A stretch of 39,557 nucleotides of DNA from Bdellovibrio sp. (GCA_046318155.1 JBKCUU010000032.1:1-39557), one strand, 5' to 3'. Shown: positions 17,288 through 27,465, numbered from the stretch's first letter. Program-made: numbers and translations. Notes: a model not told the origin generated them from the sequence alone.

Positions 17288-17629
17288 TCACGAGGGTTTG
17301 GGATTCCAGCCATTTTCAACATAGTGGACATTCGAGAACCCTTGCATGTCAAGGTCCTTGAGCCACGTTTGATAGTCCTGCTCGTTCTTTGAAAGAAGCA
17401 CGATCGGCAGCGACGCCGGCAGACCTCGCTCAGCGAGGCGCCCCATTAAATTTGTGGGCGCGCCCGCAAAATCGACTTCGAAAGACCACTTCTCGAGGTG
17501 GCCGCGCTCAATGATTAAAGGGTAGATCGTAAAAAAATCGACTCCATCATGCAAAAGCAAAAAGGGAATTCGGTTTTGCACCAAGTTGTCGAACTGAAAA
17601 AAGGAGATTTGCGAAAGATCATAGCTCAT
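17288..17629 (-). CDS. Rhodanese-like small protein without a catalytic Cys
   Basis: PIVLLSKN...LDMQGFSNVHYVENGW matches the rhodanese C-terminal pattern. ATGA overlap with the MFS gene. Confidence 0.6.
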   Translation of the reverse strand: MSYDLSQISFFQFDNLVQNRIPFLLLHDGVDFFTIYPLIIERGHLEKWSFEVDFAGAPTNLMGRLAERGLPASLPIVLLSKNEQDYQTWLKDLDMQGFSNVHYVENGWNPKPS

Positions 17630-18855
17630 GCTTCGGCTCCCGATTCTTGTTTGGCCGAATCAGGAATTTGTGACCCCAGACGAATCACCGCCAGCAAGCT
17701 GATGAGCGAGAAAACACCCGCGAGCATAAATGGCGCGACCATGTGCACAGATCCATAAAGCAAACCACCGACAGAAGGCCCAATGATACGCCCAAGTGAG
17801 GCCGTTCCTTGCGTGGTCCCCATGGCCTCACCTTGTTTATCGGCAGGCGAGAGCAAACTGATCGTCCCCAAAATCGAGGGATTCGAAAAGCTATGACCAA
17901 AACTCAAAAACACCATGGCCAATGCCAAGGTCCAAACATGCATCGAAATCGCGATGGTTAAAAAACTCATCACCATCAACGCTAGACCTAAGCGCACCAG
18001 CACCCGCTCACCAAATTTCGGCAAGAGTCGCCGCACAAGAAAGCCCTGATTAAAAGCCGAAAGAACGCCAATAAATGCAAAACCAAAACTAACTTCGACA
18101 AGCCCCCATCCGAACCGGTCGGCCGCGAACAAAATCAACGTCGCTTCCATCGTCGACATCGCTAGTGAGTTCAGAAAAAAACTACCGACCAGAGTTCCGA
18201 CGACAGGCTTGCGAAGATAGAGACCAAGCCTCTCGATGCGGCTCTCGGAGGTTGCCGGCGCTGCCGACATGGTTTTTGTCTCTTGCAACTTCCAAAGCGC
18301 AAAAAGAAACGTCAAAAAACACAAGACCGCGATCCCGCCGCTGGCAAACTTCATCGCTAAAATCTGCGTGCCAAACAAATGCTCGCCCCAAAGAGTCAGC
18401 GCACCGCCAATGGCAGGCCCGACAACAAACCCCAGACCAAAGGCCGCACCGATCAGCGCCATGCCTTTTGAGCGTTCATTCGGAGGCGTGACATCCGAAA
18501 TCGCCGCCGAGGCCGTCGAAAGACTAGCTCCGAAAAAACCGGCTAAGGCGCGCGAGACAAAAAGCAATTCAATCGATCCAGCCAAAGCGAACAGAACATA
18601 ACTGAGCGTTTCGCCCAGCAAGCAGTAGACCAAAATGGGCCTGCGTCCGTACTTGTCACTGAGTCGCCCCCAGAAAGGGGCAAATAAGAACTGCATCAGT
18701 GAGTACACCGACATCAACAATCCCACTTGCAACGCACTCGCTCCAAACTCTCGACTGAGGACGGGCAAAACAGGAATCAAAACGCCGAACCCTACCAAGT
18801 AGAGAAAGACGGTCAAGAACAGGATACTGAGATGGGATTTTCTTGGCGAAGTCAT
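17626..18855 (-). CDS. MFS drug:H+ antiporter, TetA/DHA1-like
   Basis: Motif A GRLSDKYGRRPIL, motif C GAAFGLGFVVGPAIGG, about 12 hydrophobic segments. Confidence 0.92.
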   Translation of the reverse strand: MTSPRKSHLSILFLTVFLYLVGFGVLIPVLPVLSREFGASALQVGLLMSVYSLMQFLFAPFWGRLSDKYGRRPILVYCLLGETLSYVLFALAGSIELLFVSRALAGFFGASLSTASAAISDVTPPNERSKGMALIGAAFGLGFVVGPAIGGALTLWGEHLFGTQILAMKFASGGIAVLCFLTFLFALWKLQETKTMSAAPATSESRIERLGLYLRKPVVGTLVGSFFLNSLAMSTMEATLILFAADRFGWGLVEVSFGFAFIGVLSAFNQGFLVRRLLPKFGERVLVRLGLALMVMSFLTIAISMHVWTLALAMVFLSFGHSFSNPSILGTISLLSPADKQGEAMGTTQGTASLGRIIGPSVGGLLYGSVHMVAPFMLAGVFSLISLLAVIRLGSQIPDSAKQESGAEA

Positions 18856-18879
18856 CGGGCCCAGGAATAATAGACTTTG

Positions 18880-19995
18880 ATGAAAAAGTCAGCCCTTTCA
18901 GCCTTGTTGCTTCTGTTTTGTTCGCCCCTCATGGCCTTCACCCCCGGTGGCTCCGAATTTAAAACCTACACGGTTCGCAATATCGACCTGTACGGACAAA
19001 CGCGGTACTACGTTGCTCAAGGCAACTTTACCAAATCTGGAAACTCGTACGATTCACTGCCCTCAGGGTACGCCTACGAAATTTTTAATTTTGATGTGGG
19101 CGCTCGCTCGGTGATCTTTTCGAAATGGGCGGCTTTTGGCCGCATGACCATGGGAGCGGCGCAATCCAAATCTCCCAGTGACACTCGCACGAACAGCGCA
19201 CTTTCCGAGGCTCAGGTCGGTCTTGATTTTCTGATGAGCGAAGGCTCGCTCTCGCTCATTCCCGAATTGAGTTTCACATTCCCGTTTGAGGCGAATGACG
19301 TCAATAAAGACACCGTTGCCATCAGCGATGGCGCCATGGCAATCAACGGGCGCCTCATTGCGCTCGTGAAAACTCGAATGATGCATCTGGGTGCCTATGG
19401 CGGCTATACCCACCGAGATAAGGGCCTCTCATCACTCTTTCCTTACGGCATTTTGGGAGAGTTTGATTTTGGATCCTTTCACCTGGGCGCTGATTTGCGG
19501 GGCTACACCAGTGTCGGTTACGACAGCGGCAGTGATTCTGAACTTAGGCGCGACTTGTACCAATGCCGATCGAACGGTTGCGCAAAGCGGTATTATGCGG
19601 TCAACCCTGGGCTTATCGAAAGTTCAGTTTATTTCAAGTGGCGTGCCTCGCGCGAGTGGGACCTTTCGGGGGGCATCACGATGGCGATCACGGGGCAGAA
19701 CACCAGCACCGGCTATGGTGCCTTTGCCAATATCGGCTACCATTGGGGACTTGGTCCCGTCTCGAATGACAACGAGATGACGACTTTGCCGGCTGCACGC
19801 TCGCGAGTCACCGGCCCTAACTTTCAAGAAGAGACCAACGACGGCGTCGACCAAAATCTCTTCACAGCTCCCCCACCACCTCCTTCTCCTGATGCACAGA
19901 GAAAAAAGCGTCAGAAGCAGATTCAGGACGAGCTGAACAAAACAGAGATGCAAATCGACCTAAAGTCGAATAAGAAAAAACGAGTAAGACCCTAA
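18880..19995 (+). CDS. Probable outer-membrane beta-barrel protein with a Pro-rich, charged C-terminal tail
   Basis: Signal peptide ending LMA, alternating aromatic beta strands ending YGAFANIGYHW, then PPPPPSP and a Lys/Gln-rich helix. Confidence 0.6.
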   Translation: MKKSALSALLLLFCSPLMAFTPGGSEFKTYTVRNIDLYGQTRYYVAQGNFTKSGNSYDSLPSGYAYEIFNFDVGARSVIFSKWAAFGRMTMGAAQSKSPSDTRTNSALSEAQVGLDFLMSEGSLSLIPELSFTFPFEANDVNKDTVAISDGAMAINGRLIALVKTRMMHLGAYGGYTHRDKGLSSLFPYGILGEFDFGSFHLGADLRGYTSVGYDSGSDSELRRDLYQCRSNGCAKRYYAVNPGLIESSVYFKWRASREWDLSGGITMAITGQNTSTGYGAFANIGYHWGLGPVSNDNEMTTLPAARSRVTGPNFQEETNDGVDQNLFTAPPPPPSPDAQRKKRQKQIQDELNKTEMQIDLKSNKKKRVRP

Positions 19996-20012
19996 TTTTT
20001 GCGAGTACATTT

Positions 20013-22691
20013 ATGACACAACTCTCTGATCGCTACAGCCCTCAAGAGGTCGAAGACCGCATCTACCAATGGTGGGAACAAGCGGGCTATTTTAAAGCTC
20101 AAGACCAATCAACCAAACCTCCTTTTTGCATCATCTTACCCCCTCCGAACGTGACGGGTTTTTTACACCTGGGCCACGCTCTTGACCACACGATTCAAGA
20201 TTGCATGATTCGCTGGAAACGCATGAACGGCTTTAATGCCCTCTGGCTTCCGGGTTCAGATCACGCGGGCATCGCAACCCAAAGCGTGGTTGAGCGCGAA
20301 CTTAAAAAAGAAGGCCTCACCCGCACTGAACTGGGCCGCGAAAAATTTCTCGCCAAAGTTTGGGATTGGAAAAAGCAATACGGTGATCGCATTTACAAAC
20401 AAATGCGCCGCCTGGGCGATTCTTGTGATTGGGACCGCGCTGTTTTCACGCTGGATGAGGGCCCCTCAAAGGCTGTTCGCAAAGTCTTTGTTAGCTTGTA
20501 CAAAAAAAATTGGATCTACCGCGGACAACGTTTGGTCAACTGGTCGGGCCCACTTGAAACGGCCATTTCGGATCTTGAAGTTGAGCACAAACAAATCAAG
20601 GGCTCGATCTGGCATATTAAATATCAAGTTGAAGGCACCAATGACTTTTTAGGCGTGGCCACAACTCGTCCCGAAACTTTATTGGGTGATTCGGCTCTCT
20701 GCGTGCATCCCAAGGATGAGCGCTACACCAAATACATTGGCAAAAATGTCATTCTCCCCTTGCTTGGTCGCAGAATTCCCGTGATCGCTGACACGTATGT
20801 CGATCGCGAGTTTGGCTCGGGCGTGGTCAAGATCACACCCGCGCATGACTTTAACGATTATAAAATCGGCAAAACGCACAACCTTCCATTCATCAATATC
20901 CTGACCAAACGGGCCGAGATGAATGAGAACGCCGGTCCTTACAAAGGCCTCAAAGTGCAAGAGGCGCGCAAGCGCATTCTCGAAGATCTCAAAACCCAAA
21001 ACCTTCTTGAAAAAGAAGAGCCCCACACTCTGAACGTGGGTCACTGCTCGCGCTCGGGCGCCGTTGTAGAACCCTTCTTATCAGAGCAATGGTTTGTCAA
21101 AACAGAAAATCTCTCGATCCCCGCCCGCCGCGTGGTTGAGTCTGGCACAACTCAAATCGAGCCCGAGTCTTGGACCAAAGTATACTTGCACTGGATGAAT
21201 ATCATCGAAGACTGGTGCATTTCGCGCCAACTCTGGTGGGGTCATCGCATTCCGGCTTGGTACTGTGACAAGTGCGGGCACGTGACGGTCGCCGAAACAG
21301 ATCCTGCAAAGTGTGAAAGTTGCGGCAGCACAGGGATCAAACAAGACGAAGACGTTTTGGATACTTGGTTTAGCTCGGCCCTGTGGCCCTTTAGTACATT
21401 GGGCTGGCCGCAAGAGTCCGAAAAGCTCAAAACTTTTTACCCCACAAGCGTGCTTGTCACGGGTCACGATATCCTGTTTTTCTGGGTTGCTCGCATGATG
21501 ATGATGGGCCTTGAGTTCATGCGCGATGTTCCCTTTCGCAAAGTTTACTTGCACGGGATTGTTCGTGATTCTCAAGGGCGCAAAATGTCAAAATCCTTGG
21601 GCAACTCGATCGATCCCGTTGAAATGATCGACAAGTATGGTGCCGATGCCTTGCGGTTTTCTTTTTTGGCCCATATTCATTCGGGAAAAGATTTTAAGTT
21701 TAGTGAGCAACGCACCGAAGGCTACCGCAATTTCATGAACAAAATCTGGAATGCGACTCGGTTTTCGCTGACCAACTTGCAGGACTTTCAAGTTCCTGCA
21801 AACGGCTTAGCTGCGATGCCAGATAAGGCGCACTTATCCGTTTTTGATCAATGGATCATTACAAAACTGGGGCGCACCGAAAAGATCATCGACGAGGCCC
21901 TCGAACAAGACCGTTTTTCTGATGCGGCGACAAGCCTTTACTCGTTTGTTTGGTATGAATTCTGTGATTGGTATATCGAGTTTATCAAACCCGTGATGAA
22001 CGGACCGGCTTCACCCGAGAAGCAGAACACGCAACTTGTGGTTTCCCATGTTCTGAACCGAATTATGCGTTTGCTGCATCCTTTTGTTCCTTTCGTCTCT
22101 GAAGAGCTTTACCAAAAGCTGCCTCTCAAGGGCGAAGCTTGCATCACCGATCGGTATCCCAACGTTCGCAATGACCGCGAGTTCTTGGCGTTTGGCTCTG
22201 AGGCCGCCACCTATGAAGTCGAAGTCCTCAAAGAAGTCATCTCGGCGATCCGCAATGTTCGCGGTGAGAACCGCATCAGTCCGGCCATTAAAATCAATGT
22301 TCGCGTGAACCCGTCTGACGACAAAGCTCAAAAAGTTTTGCTCGCGAACCGCGTCTCGATCATGAACCTTGGCCGCATCGAAAATTTAGAAGTTGGCTCT
22401 GAGGGGTCGCTCGCGAAATGTGCGGTTGTTCCTGTCGTGGTCGAAGACTCGCGGTTGCAAGTGGTGATTCCGCTCGAAGGCTTGGTTGATATCGACGAAG
22501 AAATTAAGCGAATTCAAAAAGGCATTGAGAAGCTCACAAAAGACATCTCCGGTCTTTCGGGGCGTCTCTCAAATGATAATTTTGTGAAAAACGCGGCTGA
22601 AGATGTCGTCGAAGCCGATCGCAAAATGCTCGAGCAATCCAAAGCGCAACTCACGTCCATGCAAGAGGCGCTGACAAGATTGCAGGCCTAA
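20013..22691 (+). CDS. valS: Valine--tRNA ligase
   Basis: PPPNVTGFLHLGH, DHAGIATQ, DWCISRQLWWGHRIP, DVLDTWFSS, KMSKS and a C-terminal coiled coil. Confidence 0.98.
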   Translation: MTQLSDRYSPQEVEDRIYQWWEQAGYFKAQDQSTKPPFCIILPPPNVTGFLHLGHALDHTIQDCMIRWKRMNGFNALWLPGSDHAGIATQSVVERELKKEGLTRTELGREKFLAKVWDWKKQYGDRIYKQMRRLGDSCDWDRAVFTLDEGPSKAVRKVFVSLYKKNWIYRGQRLVNWSGPLETAISDLEVEHKQIKGSIWHIKYQVEGTNDFLGVATTRPETLLGDSALCVHPKDERYTKYIGKNVILPLLGRRIPVIADTYVDREFGSGVVKITPAHDFNDYKIGKTHNLPFINILTKRAEMNENAGPYKGLKVQEARKRILEDLKTQNLLEKEEPHTLNVGHCSRSGAVVEPFLSEQWFVKTENLSIPARRVVESGTTQIEPESWTKVYLHWMNIIEDWCISRQLWWGHRIPAWYCDKCGHVTVAETDPAKCESCGSTGIKQDEDVLDTWFSSALWPFSTLGWPQESEKLKTFYPTSVLVTGHDILFFWVARMMMMGLEFMRDVPFRKVYLHGIVRDSQGRKMSKSLGNSIDPVEMIDKYGADALRFSFLAHIHSGKDFKFSEQRTEGYRNFMNKIWNATRFSLTNLQDFQVPANGLAAMPDKAHLSVFDQWIITKLGRTEKIIDEALEQDRFSDAATSLYSFVWYEFCDWYIEFIKPVMNGPASPEKQNTQLVVSHVLNRIMRLLHPFVPFVSEELYQKLPLKGEACITDRYPNVRNDREFLAFGSEAATYEVEVLKEVISAIRNVRGENRISPAIKINVRVNPSDDKAQKVLLANRVSIMNLGRIENLEVGSEGSLAKCAVVPVVVEDSRLQVVIPLEGLVDIDEEIKRIQKGIEKLTKDISGLSGRLSNDNFVKNAAEDVVEADRKMLEQSKAQLTSMQEALTRLQA

Positions 22692-22738
22692 TCCGCAGCA
22701 GGGGACATGCGATCAAGGCTCTTGGAAGCGCTCGAAGG

Positions 22739-23485
22739 CTACTTGACGCAAGAGCAAGCTTCGCGGGCCTTCATGTTCACGCAGCGAAAGATGGCCTCGC
22801 CTTTGACCATCTCAATTTCAGAGAGCGTTCCATCAATGTTAACAAAATCAATCCGTCCATTATCAGAAAACTGAACCACACCGGCGCGTTCCTTAAAAAA
22901 CACGTCACCTTCGCGAAGCATCTGATTCAAAGTTTCATCGCTGGGGTTTCGAGCTTTTTCGGGATCAAGCTCCAAAGGAATGGGCAGCCCTTCGCGGTCA
23001 ACCGCGAAGTAATGCAGTTCGCGTGTCGTTCGGCCCTCGTCATTCTCGGTGACTTCAAGTCGCAAGCGGCGCTCGCGTCCCTCGCGGTTTCTTAAGTGCC
23101 AGCTCATCCATCGATCCTCGATCCGAATCGGCGAACCCCAATCGCTTTGAACGTGCGACAGCACCGTCTCGATACTCAAGCTCGACGAAGGCGGAAGTTC
23201 GGGACTTTTTAAGCCAAAGCACTCATCCATGTCGGACAGGATCTGAGCAAACGAGAGCTCGGCTTCCTTTTTGAGTTCTGGAATGGCGGACTCGGCTCCC
23301 GGCGCAAGGTCACCCATGCTTTCGGGGCCACTTGGCTCGGCAAGATCACTCACGGTTGTCGGTGAATCAGGTCTTGCGAGTGATTCTTGACGTCCCGGAA
23401 TGACGCCCGCGCCCCACAAGAGCACAGTCAGAATGCCGATCGAGAAAAGAACCAAGAACCCGAGGGTTCGATTTTGGCGAGTCAT
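22739..23485 (-). CDS. Membrane-anchored or exported hypothetical protein
   Basis: 248-aa ORF with an N-terminal hydrophobic helix and C-terminal Cys residues. Confidence 0.7.
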   Translation of the reverse strand: MTRQNRTLGFLVLFSIGILTVLLWGAGVIPGRQESLARPDSPTTVSDLAEPSGPESMGDLAPGAESAIPELKKEAELSFAQILSDMDECFGLKSPELPPSSSLSIETVLSHVQSDWGSPIRIEDRWMSWHLRNREGRERRLRLEVTENDEGRTTRELHYFAVDREGLPIPLELDPEKARNPSDETLNQMLREGDVFFKERAGVVQFSDNGRIDFVNIDGTLSEIEMVKGEAIFRCVNMKAREACSCVK

Positions 23486-23559
23486 GCAAAGAGCATAGCG
23501 ATCATCACGGCCCGCGACAATCAGTCTTGCATTGCTGTCCGTCCCAATTAAAATACGCC

Positions 23560-24600
23560 ATGAGCTTGATTCAGAGCTTTCCCCTTATTCCTTGTCAAAG
23601 TCCAGTTTGGGCCCCTGACCGTCATTCCCAAACGATTTTTGGCGACTTGCTTCCGTCGAGGCCCTTATCCCATCAGGGTTCGAAGTGGGTTGTGCATTTA
23701 CCTGATCAGGATCAAGTGGTCTTGCGAGTTCACGAACAAGACTCGGAGTGGGTTGTTCTGCTTTGTCATGGGCTCACGGGATCTGCGGATTCCACATACA
23801 TGCACCGAATCACCCACCAGTTTTTAAGTAGTGGCCTTGCTTCGGTTGTCAGAATGAATCACCGCAACTGCGGCGAGGGTCAGGGTCTGGCCAAGCATCC
23901 TTATCATAGCGGACGTTCCGATGATTTGGGTTTTGCCGTCGCTCAGGTTCGTCGTCGATTTCCAAAGAAGAAAGTCCTCGCCATAGGATTCTCGATGAGC
24001 GCCAACGCTCTGTTGCTGCTCATGAGCCGAGTCGTTCCGCCTGCCCAGATTTTTAATCCTGCGGATTTTGAACAGAACCAAGCGCAGCTGGATCTGAGCC
24101 TCCCCGACGCCGCCATCACCGTCAATGCCCCCATCCACCTCGAAAAATCCGCCCGTCAACTGTCGCAGTCATTGAACCGCCTTTACGAAATCAACTTCAT
24201 GACGAATCTGCATTTTCTTCTCAAAAAGCTTGAGCGCGAGGGGCACCTGCAACCGACCCGTGGAGTTCACCCGCTAATGAAGGTGTCGGCCTTTGACGAT
24301 TTGTTCACGGCACCCAGATCTGGCTTCGCCTCAGGTCTTGATTACTACACGATTTGCAGTGCAAAGACGTACCTTCAAAAAATTGATCGACCCACCGCTT
24401 GCCTGACGGCCGCCAACGATCCCTTTGTCGACTATCAAGAATACCTCCGCGCGCCGTTGCCGCCGATGGTTCGCCTTCACATTGAACGTGAGGGCGGGCA
24501 CATGGGGTATCTGCATAAAGAAAAAACCCCGCTCGGCAACCATCGCTGGCTCGACTACGGGGTTTTTGAAATTGGCCAGACGCTGATGTCCGAAAACTAA
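23560..24600 (+). CDS. YheT-family alpha/beta hydrolase
   Basis: HSQTI, HGLTGS, RMNHRNCG, YHSGRSDD, GFSMSAN, ANDPFV and GGHMGY. Confidence 0.88.
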   Translation: MSLIQSFPLIPCQSPVWAPDRHSQTIFGDLLPSRPLSHQGSKWVVHLPDQDQVVLRVHEQDSEWVVLLCHGLTGSADSTYMHRITHQFLSSGLASVVRMNHRNCGEGQGLAKHPYHSGRSDDLGFAVAQVRRRFPKKKVLAIGFSMSANALLLLMSRVVPPAQIFNPADFEQNQAQLDLSLPDAAITVNAPIHLEKSARQLSQSLNRLYEINFMTNLHFLLKKLEREGHLQPTRGVHPLMKVSAFDDLFTAPRSGFASGLDYYTICSAKTYLQKIDRPTACLTAANDPFVDYQEYLRAPLPPMVRLHIEREGGHMGYLHKEKTPLGNHRWLDYGVFEIGQTLMSEN

Positions 24601-24648
24601 ACACCAGCTCTCTTTCGGCAATCCATTTCCGCGATCTCTTTCAACTGC

Positions 24649-25617
24649 CTATTTCAGCAAACCGATCTCGCGCAAACGTTGCATCAAAAAGTCGTGTGCT
24701 GAAATGTCAGCATATTTCGCACCGCCACCTTTGCATGAGGGAATGCATGAAAGCATGGCCTCAGGATTCGGGTGAATAAAAAAGGGCATCGAGTAACGAC
24801 TCGAAGACACCGCTTCGGGCGTATTGACCACTTGGTGAGTCGTCGACGGAATCACTTCGTTTGTCGCACGCGCCAGCATATCACCCGCATCAACGATCAA
24901 AGAGTTGGGCTCGCTCTCGATATCGAGCCAAGTTCCATCACGGTCTTTCAGTTGCAATCCCGAGGCAGTCGCCGCGGGTAAGATCGTGATCAGGTTAATG
25001 TCTTCGTGCGGAGCCGCTCGCAGGCAACGAGGATCCGTCCCTTGAGGAATTGGAGGGTAATGCAGCAGACGCAAAACCGAGTTTCCGTCTTGAATCATGT
25101 TGTCGAAGTAAAAATTTGGTACATCCAATGGAAAAGTCAGCGCTTGGAGCATGGCTTTACCAGCTTGCTCCAGCTTAAAATACAAATCCGAAAATGTGGT
25201 TTTAAACTCAGGCAGCTCCGAAGGCCAAACGTTGTTGGGGTAATATTTTTTTAACGGATGACCATCCGCCACTTCACGGCCCACGTGCCAAAATTCTTTC
25301 AGATCCATCACGGGAGAATCCTTGGCGTGCTCTGTTCCAAAAGGAGTGTAGCCACGCTGACCACCATGAACTCCAGCATATTTAAGTTTGGCTTCAGTCG
25401 GAAGCGCGTAGAATTGAGCCAAAACATCATAGGCTTTGCTGAGGAGGGCGGGCTCGACATCGTGGTCTTTGAGGATGATGAAGCCGTAATCTTTAAGGCC
25501 GCCAAACAAATTTTCGATAAAGCGGACTTGATCCGTTTTCGAACCCTCGGTGTAAGAGCGTAAACTCAAAGTTGGTACTTTTCGAAGCGTGGCTGGGCGT
25601 TCTGTTTGCAAGTCCAT
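24649..25617 (-). CDS. 2-oxoglutarate/Fe(II) dioxygenase, isopenicillin N synthase-like
   Basis: LRLLHYPP, HED (HxD), distal His in STTHQV, and RYS (RxS). ATG 25617 follows GAGGGG. Confidence 0.92.
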   Translation of the reverse strand: MDLQTERPATLRKVPTLSLRSYTEGSKTDQVRFIENLFGGLKDYGFIILKDHDVEPALLSKAYDVLAQFYALPTEAKLKYAGVHGGQRGYTPFGTEHAKDSPVMDLKEFWHVGREVADGHPLKKYYPNNVWPSELPEFKTTFSDLYFKLEQAGKAMLQALTFPLDVPNFYFDNMIQDGNSVLRLLHYPPIPQGTDPRCLRAAPHEDINLITILPAATASGLQLKDRDGTWLDIESEPNSLIVDAGDMLARATNEVIPSTTHQVVNTPEAVSSSRYSMPFFIHPNPEAMLSCIPSCKGGGAKYADISAHDFLMQRLREIGLLK

Positions 25618-25678
25618 AGGTCCCCCTCTTTTGTCTGACACAAACCACAATCTCCCGCGAACTGCAAAAGCAAATTGT

Positions 25679-25695
25679 CATGCAATAATTGCATG
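25679..25695. promoter_or_regulatory. Perfect palindrome CATGCAAT-A-ATTGCATG upstream of the dioxygenase
   Basis: Seen directly in the trmO-dioxygenase intergenic gap. Confidence 0.4.
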
Positions 25696-25718
25696 CCTTG
25701 AGAGAGTCCCCTTTCGTT

Positions 25719-26462
25719 TTACGAAAGGCGAACTTCGAGAACCTTGACCCGAGAGTCGGTGAGAAATTCAAAATGGACATCTCCATTTAAAAAGCGAACT
25801 GCGTGGGAGTTTCGATATTTGGTCTGAGTTTGACCCTCGAACCCCCGGTAAATGACTGGCCGAGGATCGAGTGCCAAGGTCCCCTCAATCAATTGACGCA
25901 GCTCATCATAAGTGAGCGCAGCAAAGGATTTTTCATTTTGGTTTTTCAGCTGATCCGACCATGTTTTGAGAACTCCGAGCAAAGCCTCGCTCCACTCGAT
26001 TTCAATTTTCGACTGGGTCGCAGTTGCGGCCCAGCCGCCCCGAGCATGGGGTTGAGACTCGACATCCGGTAAGTAAGGTTTCAAGTCTAAAACCGGCGTG
26101 CCGTCGATCATGTCGACGCCAGCCAAGATCACGGCGTCGCTTTCAACGCGCACCACTTTGACCAGAGAAAGTCCCAGGGGATTGGGTCGGTGCGGAGACC
26201 TTGTCGCGAAAACTCCAATCGACTCCCCTTGCAGTCGCGGAGGGTGGACCTTGGCGTGATAGCGGGCATTGTCGTTTTGATGAAAAACAAAAATCACCCA
26301 CGCATGAGAAAACCCATCAAGTCCCTGAAGGGCTTCTTCGGGTTGCCACTTGCGATGAATCTTCAGGCGCGCCAGTGAATGCTCGACCAATCCAGGCTGG
26401 CGAGGCGTTCCGAATTTATCTGGATAACAGGATTCTAAATGACCGATGGGTTCAAAAAGCAT
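25719..26462 (-). CDS. trmO: tRNA (N6-threonylcarbamoyladenosine(37)-N6)-methyltransferase TrmO/TsaA
   Basis: KFGTPRQPGL, GVFATRSPHRPNPLGLS, DGTPVLDLKPY and DPRP. An alternative TTG start at 26498 overlaps the crp stop. Confidence 0.92.
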   Translation of the reverse strand: MLFEPIGHLESCYPDKFGTPRQPGLVEHSLARLKIHRKWQPEEALQGLDGFSHAWVIFVFHQNDNARYHAKVHPPRLQGESIGVFATRSPHRPNPLGLSLVKVVRVESDAVILAGVDMIDGTPVLDLKPYLPDVESQPHARGGWAATATQSKIEIEWSEALLGVLKTWSDQLKNQNEKSFAALTYDELRQLIEGTLALDPRPVIYRGFEGQTQTKYRNSHAVRFLNGDVHFEFLTDSRVKVLEVRLS

Positions 26463-26494
26463 GGGGCCTCTCGTACTCGAGGCCCCAGCAAAGA

Positions 26495-27277
26495 TCAATT
26501 GAGATTAAGGGTCGGCCCCCGAACGGTCGTCGCCGCTTCAACTGAGGTTTCAAGACCCGAACGTCGCGATCGCTGAACCAAGGCCTCGCGGTTTTTGATC
26601 ACGATCTCTTTTCCGCGAACCTCAAGAACACCTTCGTCTTTTAGTTCCGTCAAATGTCTCGACAGCGACTCATTGATCGTTCCCGCCAACTGAGCCAGCT
26701 CGTGACGAGTCAGCCGCAGGTTGAGCGACACGCCATTTGACGCCGGTGTTCCAAACTTGTCCGCCAAGCTCAGCAACTGATGCGCAATCCGCTCTTGGAC
26801 CGAGGCCAAGTAATGCGTTTGGTTTTGCGACTCATTCGTTTCGAGATCGCGCACCAACTGGGTCAGGAGCATCTTCATCAGAGGATTTGTACTCGACATC
26901 ATCTGCTGAATGGTCTCTTTCGGAAACACCTGAATTTCACTTGGCTTGAGCGTCTTGGCGAAATCATCATAGGGGCTCTCCTGGATCAGCGCCCTAAAGC
27001 CAAAGAGTTCACCAGGAGCAACCACCTTGTTAAGGTACTCGGCCGAACATAAGCGCCCGCGCGCATGTTTTTGGTGGGCGACCATTTTCACGGCTCCGCT
27101 CTTGAGAAGATAAAGACCACGAGGCACTTCGCCTTCACGGAAAATGATTTCGTTTTCACGGAATATCAGAATTTCACTAGGCACACCCCAGAGAGGATGC
27201 CCCGTCTGAGCGGGAGCCTGGCTCGCAGAAAGATGCCGAAAATCCTGCTCGTGACTGATTGGTAATGAGAATGCCAT
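26495..27277 (-). CDS. Crp/Fnr family transcriptional regulator
   Basis: IFREGE...LYLLKSGAVK...PGELFG cNMP-fold and LTRHELAQLAGTINESLSRHL HTH. AAGGAG RBS. Confidence 0.9.
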   Translation of the reverse strand: MAFSLPISHEQDFRHLSASQAPAQTGHPLWGVPSEILIFRENEIIFREGEVPRGLYLLKSGAVKMVAHQKHARGRLCSAEYLNKVVAPGELFGFRALIQESPYDDFAKTLKPSEIQVFPKETIQQMMSSTNPLMKMLLTQLVRDLETNESQNQTHYLASVQERIAHQLLSLADKFGTPASNGVSLNLRLTRHELAQLAGTINESLSRHLTELKDEGVLEVRGKEIVIKNREALVQRSRRSGLETSVEAATTVRGPTLNLN

Positions 27278-27430
27278 AACGACTCCTTTTAAAGTTTACA
27301 TTTTGTTGAACTTTAAGCTACCGCTGTTTTGTCCCATGACAAAGACGATTATAATGAAGTCACAGTTTGCTTTAGTCGAATGATGCCGAAGCCCCAACCT
27401 AAGTATTTGAAATTATTTGCTAATCAAAGA

Positions 27431-27459
27431 TTGACTTCACTTCGACGCGACCCTATCTT
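27431..27459 (+). promoter_or_regulatory. Sigma-70-type promoter of the ABC operon (TTGACT-N17-TATCTT) with an upstream IHF-like site at 27400-27412
   Basis: Exact 17-nt spacer. The ATG at 27466 lies 6 nt after the -10 box. Confidence 0.6.
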
Positions 27460-27465
27460 GCCGCC

